Below, piece by piece: positions 55,046 through 64,000 of a DNA stretch of 64,000 nucleotides. Numbering within the stretch: the stretch's first letter is position 1; every line of letters begins with the position of its first letter. Below the pieces are notes generated by a model. The model was given only the letters and a program-made list of their open reading frames with translations, searched no databases and was not told the origin of the DNA. Made by a program: the position numbers and the translations under genes. The stretch is from Lytechinus pictus (taxonomy: Eukaryota), in NCBI RefSeq assembly GCF_037042905.1, contig NC_087254.1:3720001-3784000 (forward strand), in the 5' to 3' direction.

Positions 55046-55857
55046 GAAGAGCTCACTTGTAAAAGGGATTATGTCCATTTTTCATCTAATTTGATTTTTT
55101 GGTCTCAATGTATAGATTTTTAGTAGCTCTATAAGATGATACAAAAGAAAATTTGAAATTCCTATTAAAAAGTGAACTAAAATGGCAAAGAAAAATAATC
55201 TTTTTTTCAAAAAGGGTTAGGTCCATTTCAGTTTGGTTGCAAAAGGGGTTAGGTCCACATTTTTTTAAAAATATGAAGACAGGTAGATTTCTTTTATACC
55301 CAATTTTATAATTTCATGGTAGGTTATCATGAAAATTTAGTTTCATATAAGAATATTGCAATATGGGAGAATAACAAAAATGATGTTCTTGGAGTGGACC
55401 TACATGTAACCCCTTTTTCAGCTTCTGAAGAGCTGATTTGTCAAAAGGGGTTTGGTCCATTTTTCATAAATTTTATTGTTTTCTGTCTCAAAACCTCTAA
55501 ATTTGTAGTCGCTTTGATGATACCAAAGACAATTTGAAATTCACATGAAAACGTGAATAAAAGTGGCAAAGAAAAATCACTTTTTTAATCAAAAGAGATT
55601 GGATTAATTTCAGTTTGCTTGCAAAAGGGGTTACATGTACTGTAGGTCCACAATGATAATTAAAAAATATATATATAGAGAAAAAAATTGAAGACAGGTA
55701 GATTTCTTTTATACCCAATTTTATGTTCACATGATAGGGTAGTCCACCATGGCAATTTAGTTTCTCATAAGAATATTGCAATAAGTGAGAATAAAAAACA
55801 TGGTTTTTCTCAGAATGGTCCAAAGTGGACCTAACCCCTTTTGCAACCAAACTCTTC
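55046..55857. mobile_element. Two tandem copies of a GAAGAG-terminal (Sola-like) MITE
   Basis: GAAGAG...CTCTTC termini; the second unit begins at 55427. Confidence 0.65.
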
Positions 55858-56495
55858 ATTACATAGAGAAGATGAATAGGAAGATGGAAATAAAAACATG
55901 GATTTGAAAACTGAGACAAAACAACCTGTACAATAAAGCTAAAAAGAGGAAGTTTGGAAGTGAGAAATAAATACCACTGTGATCGATGTAGCAAACCAGG
56001 AAAAATGAAGAGAATGGGATTATTGGTTTTACTGGATGTTTACATACATGTACATGTAGATAATATTCTGATATATTAAGATTAGTCTCCAGGCACAGAC
56101 CCTTGGTTCTCACAATTCGCTTAGTGCATAAAGCAGAGTCTGAAGAAGTGAGACTAGATTCACTTTATTGTACTGTGGCTGGCTCTACCATTTGAAAGAG
56201 ACAGAGTTTGGCATCTAAGTACATAGTATGAATTACCGGTACTCCAGACTATCATAAGACATGGTAGAATTGATTAAAGCGTCAAATATGAGTCTGTTCT
56301 TGCAGACTATTATGTAGTATAAGATTCCTGTTGCATACATGTAGGTCTACATGTATGTACTTTAATTGGTCTGACCAAGTTGGGAATTGCCCCATCCCAA
56401 CCCCCACCCACCCATCCCACCCCTGACCCCCCCCCTTTTTTAAACAATCACTGCTCAATCCTGGATACACCCCAGTGTGTACCCAGGAGAAGGGT

Positions 56496-57076
56496 CCCGG
56501 GGGGGGGGGGGGGGGGCACTTACATTGAGTCGTGGATACCATGCGCGACCAACAAAGCATAAAAAGGATGTAAAAAGGTAAAAAGGATGTATTATTCAAG
56601 ATAGGGCACGTTACGTACGTAACGTAATAAGGGTGTCAAAAACACTAAAATAATGAAAAAAGGGTATCTATTTCGCTAGGAAAGCTACGTGTTTAGGGTC
56701 AAATTTGCGAGGGTATAAACGATCAAGACTAAAATGTTTTATAAAGAATGTACTTTTTGCCCCAGGAGTCAACACTACTACATGTACATGTTTAGTGTAC
56801 GATTTGGGCTGTACTAAACCCAATGATGTAGGTAGAGGTAAAACCGACGACCGACGTCCTTGATTGAAATATCGCTGTACTTGTTTAGGGGTTCAATTCA
56901 GGGAATACTTGCCAATTGTATCATTTTGTTTCCAATACTTGTTAAGGGTAGGGTTTCACACGCCAATAAGGGGTGCATTTTCAGAATATCGAAAATATGT
57001 GTTTAGGGTGCTTTTTGAGATCTCATGGTCGCACATGGTATCCACCCGTGAATGGAAGTGCCCCCCCCCCCCCCGG
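56496..57076. mobile_element. CCCGG(G)n-terminal MITE, 8-bp TSD
   Basis: TSD AGAAGGGT/AGAAGGGC; inverted sibling at 59807-60400. Confidence 0.85.
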
Positions 57077-58119
57077 AGAAGGGCAGACAGAGGCAGAGAG
57101 GGGAGGAACCCGGGGGGGGGGGTACTAATGTATAACATGACAGAATCTCGTTCTCTACTTTTATCGCTCGATCATTCTGTAAGATGGCGCTATCGCGGAT
57201 ATGCACAACATTTTTGTATACTTGTGCCCGTTTGGCTCGCTTTTCAATTTCCACTTCTGTTGCAACAAACAAACCACTTCAATGATACCCAAATCACTAC
57301 ATTCCATGATATACTGGGTTTTTGTTTTCATGCAACATCCTATTTAGAGTGATGATTACATATACACTACATGCATCGTCAAGTAGACAAAAATAGAATG
57401 CTATACAAAACTCCTTTCTAACACCTGCTTTAAATATCCATTACTATTTACATCATTCGTCTCTCTGCAATTAATAAAACATTTTTCCTTGTTCATTTCC
57501 TTTTGCAGCTCACTCTCCACACATATATCTACCATTATGTATCTTGAAAAACAAAGGCGGCTCAAAGTGGGATAAAGAAATATTTGTTTTGCATCTGTAC
57601 ACGTTACTTCATACATGTGTATAGCTTCAGTAATCAGTATACATGTACATTTACAGTGTACATGTGTATGTAATATTGTTTAAAGCTGAATCATGAACAC
57701 AAGTCTAAGGAAGTACATGTATTTAATAGTAAGGTCTGAAGTTGCCATTAATGCCAAGATATCAGAAAAGACCTGCAATTGATTTTCCTATACATGTATG
57801 TACACATACAGAACATCTGCATATTTCAAATGACATAGCCTTGGAAAAATGAACCCCCTGTAAAGCCGGAGCACATTTGTAGCGTCAAAGACACATTCAG
57901 ATAGAATTTGATCCATTTAATTCATTATCAATATGCTATCATTTGGCAGGCGCATAACTGGGGGGAGGGGGGGTCGCCACGCCAAACGTCCCCAGAATGA
58001 AAAAAAGGAAAGGAAAAGGGAGAAAATGAAGCGAAGGGAGAATAGAAAAGAAGGGCATAGCTTTATAAGTTTATTGTTTTCCTTTTTTCCCCCTATTTTT
58101 GTCAAAAGAATAAAAACCT

Positions 58120-59207
58120 AAAACGAGACGTTCTTCTCTCTTCTCTCAAAGGCGAGCATATAATACACCCGCCTGTAACATGGAAAATGGAGTTACTGGT
58201 CAAGTAAGAAACGTGGAAGGTGGCAACTTCACCTTTGACCTTCTGACCTCAAAATCAAAAGAATTGCTGGGATCTACAGATGCTAGTATCAAACATGTAC
58301 ACACCAAATTATGAGCCTGGGTTAAGTTCAACTAAAGTTATCGCATAATTGAAGGAATTGAAAAGGGTAGATGAAAACATGTCACTGTGATCGTGACCTT
58401 TGACCTTTTGACCTCAAAATCAATAGGCTTCCTGAGATCCATGCTAGTATCATAAAAACCAAATTATATGAGCCTGGGTTAAGTTAAACTAAAATTATCA
58501 CGTTTACAAGGACTTCAGAAGGGTAAGATGAAAACAGGTCACTGTGACCTTCACCTTTGACCTTTTGGCCTCATAATCAATAGGCTTCCTGGGATCCATG
58601 ATAATATCATACACGTCAAATTATATGAGCCTCGGTTAATTTAAACTGAAGTTATCGCCTTTACAAAGACTGCACAAGGGTACATGTAAGATGAAAACAT
58701 GTCACTGTGACCTTGACCTTTGATCTTTTGACTTCAAAATCGCTTGACTTCCTGGGATCCATGCTACTATCATACACACCACATTATATGAGCCTAGGTT
58801 AAGTTAAACCGAGGTTATCGGGTTTAACAAGGACTGCAGAAGGTTAAGATGAAAACATGTCATTGTGACCTTGACCTTGGACTTCGAAATCGTTAGGCTT
58901 CCTGGGATCCATACTAGTATCACACACACCAAATTATATGAGCCTAGGTTAAGATAAACTGAATATCGCGTTTATAAGGACTGCAGCAGGGTAACCGGTA
59001 AGATGAAAACATGTCAGTGTAACCTTGACCTTTGGACTTCAAAATCAATAGGCATCCTGGGATCCATGCTAGTATCATACACACCAAATTATGAGCCTAG
59101 GTTAAAGTCAAACTGAAGTTCGCGTTTACAAGGAAAAGTTAACGGACGGACAGACAGACGGACATACGGACGGATGGACACTGTGGTCCCGTCTAGGACG
59201 GGACAAA
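58120..59207 (+). mobile_element. Helentron-associated (HINE-like) element, ~6 x ~160-bp tandem core
   Basis: TGACCTTGACCTTTGACC units, GGAC microsatellite, 3' hairpin GTCCCGTC..GACGGGAC followed by AAA. Confidence 0.78.
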
Positions 59208-59806
59208 TCAGATGAGTAACAGCAATTTAAGGTTTCAGAGAATTTTCAAAATTTCAGAGTTTCAGTGCTATACGCCGAAGGAATATCTCCTTCCTGCACA
59301 CCCATCTTCTACTCTGTTTTGCGAGCTAAAGATAGGTAATGTGGCTAATTTATTTTTTGCTTTCAAATCTGATCTGACCATGACAGGCATTCATACATGT
59401 ACCAAAGTTGGCATTCTATACCACTCAATGAATGCCCTTTTCTGTTCTCATTTTTTTAATAAGACGTTTTTAGCTTCTGCACTTCGCGTGGGAAAAGGGA
59501 TTATTTTGAATGTTGGACGCACATAATTTCTTTCGAAAACAATTTTTCTTTTGAAATCACAGCAAGTCAATTGAATTGAGCCAATAAGGGAACTAGAGAC
59601 GCAAGAGATGTCTTCTTTTGATTTGAATTTGATGAGACACCAAACACTTTACGCTGAGCCAGGGAGGGGGGAACCTGCCCTCTCCCCCTAGGGATCAGAG
59701 CGCGCTTTGCGCACTCCGAGTGTTGGCACATTTCGCATGCACTTACCGCCCCCTCCAAAATTAATTCCTGGTTACGCTGTCATCATTAGACATCGTATGT
59801 ATTTAC

Positions 59807-60400
59807 CCCGGGGGGGGGGGGGGGGGCACTTCCATTGACGAGTGGATACCATGCGCGACCACGGGGTCTCGGTAAACACCCTAAACACGTATTTTCCATG
59901 TTCTGAAAATGCACCCCTTAACAAGTATTGGCGTCTGAAACCCTACCCTTAACAAGTATTTGAAACAAAACTATACTCTTGGCAAGTATTCCCTGAAATG
60001 AACCCCTAAACAAGTATACAGCGATATTTTATCATGTTCATTGTTGTGTCACGGGTCCGTCGGTCGTCGGTTTTACCTAATTTACACACCATTTGGCCGT
60101 GTAGTACGGCCCCACCTTCCTCACCTCGCGCAAATCGGGACTCTAAACACGTAGTGTTGGGGCAAAAAGGACATCCTTTTTTTCATTTTAATTTTGTTTT
60201 ATCATTTCCGCAAATTTGACCCTAAACACGTACATGTAGCTTTCCTAGCGAAATAGATACCCTTTTTTCATTATTTTTGTGTTTTTGACACCCTTATCAC
60301 GTTACATACGTAACGTGCCCTATCTTGAAAAAGACATCCTTTTTACGTGTTTTTTGGTCGCGCATGGTATCCACTCGTCAATGTAAGTGGCCCCCCCGGG
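59807..60400. mobile_element. CCCGGG-terminal MITE, 8-bp TSD
   Basis: Perfect TSD GTATTTAC. Confidence 0.88.
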
Positions 60401-60660
60401 GTATTTACACGGCAAAGTTAGAGTGGTACACTAGCATTACCAAATATCACTTCATGGCTGCTTTTCAACATAAATTAAATTACAAAATATCAACACGATG
60501 CAGGGTTAATCACCCCTTGGGAGTCTCCCACTAACCCTGCTGGCTGAAGTTAGCATGCTGAGTACAGCATTGCCATTCATTCATCATGTAGGGTAGCTTC
60601 AAAGATTACATTATACATATATGTAGAACCCACTGAACAAGTGAAAGAGTCTTATACTAA

Positions 60661-61268
60661 AGGGGTACTCTGGGCTGAAATTAATTACATCGGAATAAAA
60701 AGAGTAAAATTAACAGAGCAAAAATGCTGAAAATTTCATCAAAATCTGATAATAATGTTGCTATTGAATTTTAAAGTTTCATAGTAATATTTTGTGAAAA
60801 CAGTTGTAAGCATGCCATCATGAATATTGATTTGGTAGGCTGATGATGTCATGTCCCCACTTTAATTTTTCATGTTTTTACATGAAATCACAATTATTTT
60901 ATGTTTTTCATGCCTGTTTGTATGATGTGCCTCCCTTGCAACAAAAATGTATGTTGCAGCAATAAATACCTTGTGCATTATTAAAAACAGTTATCAACCC
61001 AATTATTTTCATTCTTGGTGAACAAAATTTGAATATTAAACATGAGTTCATATACTGTAATAAAATACAAAATAATAAGTGGGGATGTGACATCATCAGC
61101 TTGCTCATTGCATATTAATTAGACTAGAACAGGCATATAACTTTTTTCCTGAAATAATCAAAGCTTTAGAATGTCATACATGTAACTTTGTTATTCCTTG
61201 TCCGATTTGATGAATTTTTCTTCAATCCTCTAATAAAAATCATGTCATTTTCAGCCTGGAGTACCCCT
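60661..61268. mobile_element. Kolobok-like MITE
   Basis: AGGGGTACTC...GAGTACCCCT; degenerate TTAA flanks. Confidence 0.7.
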
Positions 61269-63708
61269 TTATCATACATGTAGCTAATATTTAATGTGAA
61301 TCAGACTGTATATGCACAATTACATGTATACAAGGGCGACACTAAAGGGGGAGGGCAAGGGCCACCTCCCAGGATTTTTCATGTGTAAAAATCAAGTTTA
61401 TAGAAACTATGTAGATTTGCAAAGTCAGCAAGCAGTCAAAATTTATTGTCACTGCCAGATCAAAGATATACATGTACATGTACATGAATTACACACCTAC
61501 AAGTAACTTCTGAAATTTGGAAATGATGACCTCTGTGACTTTTAAACATTTGACCTTTGACTCTGATCATATTCGCTATAAAAGTTGAAGTTGGTCGTGT
61601 CAGTGCAAAAATGCCCTTTAATAGCAAAACATTTTTTAGCACCGCATCGGTGCAGAAACGCCCTTACGCATGCTGCTACAGGGGCAATTTGAACACATCA
61701 TGACATGCGATGCGCCAAAATGTGGTGTTAATAAAGGGCATTCTTGCGCCAACACGATGGGCTGATCCCTCAAATGGTTCTTCAGTTATCAAGAGAATGA
61801 GATATTTTCAGGTATAACCATTGTGAGATATGACCTCCTGACCAAAAGACTAATCAGTCCATTGTCACTCCTACAGTGTACATGTACATCATAAAATGAT
61901 AATAAGAATGAGAACAAAATAGACAAACAGAAAACATAGTGTACATTATCCCCCCCCCCCCTACTACCTAAAGGTGGGCAAAAGATAATTAAAAAGAGAA
62001 TGGAGTTGGGAGAATAAAGAAGTAAAAAGATGCACACTTTTATAGACCCTGCTCTCATCTACTTTCTAATAAACCAGTATTTAGGAAACCAGTCTTCGCT
62101 AGCATCTTCATCAACATCTGAACTGGTTCCCAGAACCACTCCCCTAGCCTACACATGTTTCGCATGAAATTTGATACCGTAGACTAGGCATTCAACACAC
62201 AGAGTGTACCAGGTTGCGCGCCCAACAGTCTTTTGCATCCGTGCGAAGATCGCTTGTCCGATAACGGTTGTGTCCTCACCTACAGTTTAACCAGTATAAC
62301 AAGGCAAAGTGGTCTTGAAACCACATCATGAGGTGGTTTTTCTAACCTGGTTTGGGAGACCACTTTAATTAATAAGATCGCTTCCAAGACTGCTTCAAGT
62401 GTAGTCACTACATATGTAAAGCTAGTTTCCACTAAACTAATTTTAGGAAAAACTATAGATGAGAATGGGGTTTTACATGTAGATTCTCGGGAATACTTTA
62501 TTGATTTCCCGGAAATGCATCAACTACATGTACAATGTATACATGTAATTATGGAAAACAATTAGTATCGGATGACTTCACAAACATATTATAGATTCTT
62601 ATATAATTGTGTTTATAAAACTCATACAAAGATTCTTGTAATTTGATTGGCTGAAAGCCATTCAATATTTGATCCATTTTGTGCTGCATGCAAATTTTAT
62701 TTTCCATCGCACGGCGACCGTGCATTTTTTATTTTTCCATTGCACGGTTGAGCTTCCTCCTCTAGTGTGTACCACTAAGCATGTGTGTACTTACATTTTG
62801 TATACATGTGTGTGTGTGTTTGCGCGCATCGAAGTATTAAAGCACATCAACAAGGCTGACTGTGCGCACTCAGATTCATGAATCAAAGTGCGTCACAAAA
62901 GAACAAAAACAATTAACTGCATTCATACACCGGGAAAACAAAAATATTTTCAGAGGAAATGAATTTTAAGACAAAGGCAAAATATGTATTAACTCCATCT
63001 GCTTTTGTTGATTTTTTTTCTCTCTATTGTCAAATCATAAAATCTAGAAAATGTTTTATAGCAATGTTAGCAAAACTGGAAATTATCGAACATACAATAC
63101 AGTAAATTGAATGTAGGCCTGTATGTACATGTATATTAAACATCATAACAAATATTGCAGCCTACATAAAGTATATTTTTACAGAACTTTCAGCAATTCA
63201 TAATGAAAGAGTATCAAAATCAAGCTGCATACACTACTCCTGTATATTAAATAAACATTATAAAAAAGTACAATAGATGCTAAGAAAACAGTATTAGTAC
63301 AGGTTATTTGAGCTGCAATCATCTATTATTAAGAGTAGAATGTAGAATTTTTTTGTAAAGGGCTCAATCGCATTTGAGGCTCATGCTCTGATTTTTTAGG
63401 AAGAATTTTTTTTTTTTATAAATATTTCCCAAAAGCAAAAAGTTTGTGAAAATTGATAAATGTCCTCTTCCAACTTAGACAGACTGTACCAAGTTACAAA
63501 AATACAGTCTAATACAGAAGAATCGTGCTCTTTGAACAAAAAAGTTGAACCTTGGTAAAAGTTACATCTTTAAAAATTTTAATTTTTCATAATAGTTAAA
63601 CCCTTATAGTCATAGGGAATTTTAAGTATTGTCGTTCCCGCGGGGAGGGGGGGGGGTGGTGGCGTGCCATAATACCTGCCTCCACCCCCCCCCCCCAAAA
63701 AAAAATAC

Positions 63709-64000
63709 ATATGTAACCAGCCACCCCAAAACCAACGAGCTGTTTGAGATTTTATTGAGCTTGGAAAAAAAACATCTTAAGCTTTAAAATGATCTGCAAT
63801 ATAACTAAATAAAATAGTGTCAAGAAAATACTATTTTCAACTTTAAATTTTGTATAAAGTACGAGGAAGAATGGCTCTTTCAAATCTATAAGCTAATTTT
63901 AAAATGTTTGCTTTTTGAAGACAAAAATTACAATTTTGGCTATTTTCAACAGAGAATCTTCCTTGGCGACTTTTATCAGTTTTGGGGTGGCTGATCATAT
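63709..64000. mobile_element. Short TIR element
   Basis: ATATGTAACCAGCCACCCCAAA...TTTGGGGTGGCTGATCATAT. Confidence 0.6.

Noticed and set aside
55316-57352. ORFs of 73-165 aa within repeats as possible transposases
   Set aside because: Low-complexity translations of MITE sequence with no DDE, HTH or RT motifs
57401-57616. Minus-strand ORF with a plausible acceptor as the missing upstream PDPK1 exon
   Set aside because: Translation has no resemblance to the expected kinase segment ending IIHR; the upstream exons are probably outside the window

Overview
AT-rich eukaryotic (metazoan) genomic DNA. The repeat repertoire and gene set look echinoderm/sea-urchin-like, but this is inference. It holds three intron-containing genes. 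(1) A 13-exon clan-3 cytochrome P450 (CYP3A/TBXAS1-like) on + at 6533-21038, with the start of exon 10 in an N-gap. (2) A GT29 alpha-2,8-sialyltransferase-like gene with 3 coding exons on + at 25309-27964; it has an unusual ~130-aa C-terminal tail, and its last exon is tandemly duplicated (period 1389 bp). (3) The 3' part of PDPK1 (PDK1 kinase + PH domain) on -, 9 exons at 53517-38959. The rest is dense in non-autonomous DNA transposons (Kolobok-, piggyBac-, Harbinger-, CACTA-, Academ-, Sola-like, and an 8-bp-TSD CCCGG family), Helentron-like satellite-bearing elements and SINEs. Two observations stand out. One is a TSD-flanked SINE with a 7SL-RNA (Alu-domain) head joined to a Meta-like body (45686-45868). 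The other is a strong enrichment of TA->TACATGTA-type insertions (Tc1/mariner-like excision footprints) in the PDPK1 transcription unit, shown to be insertions by comparing sibling repeat copies.
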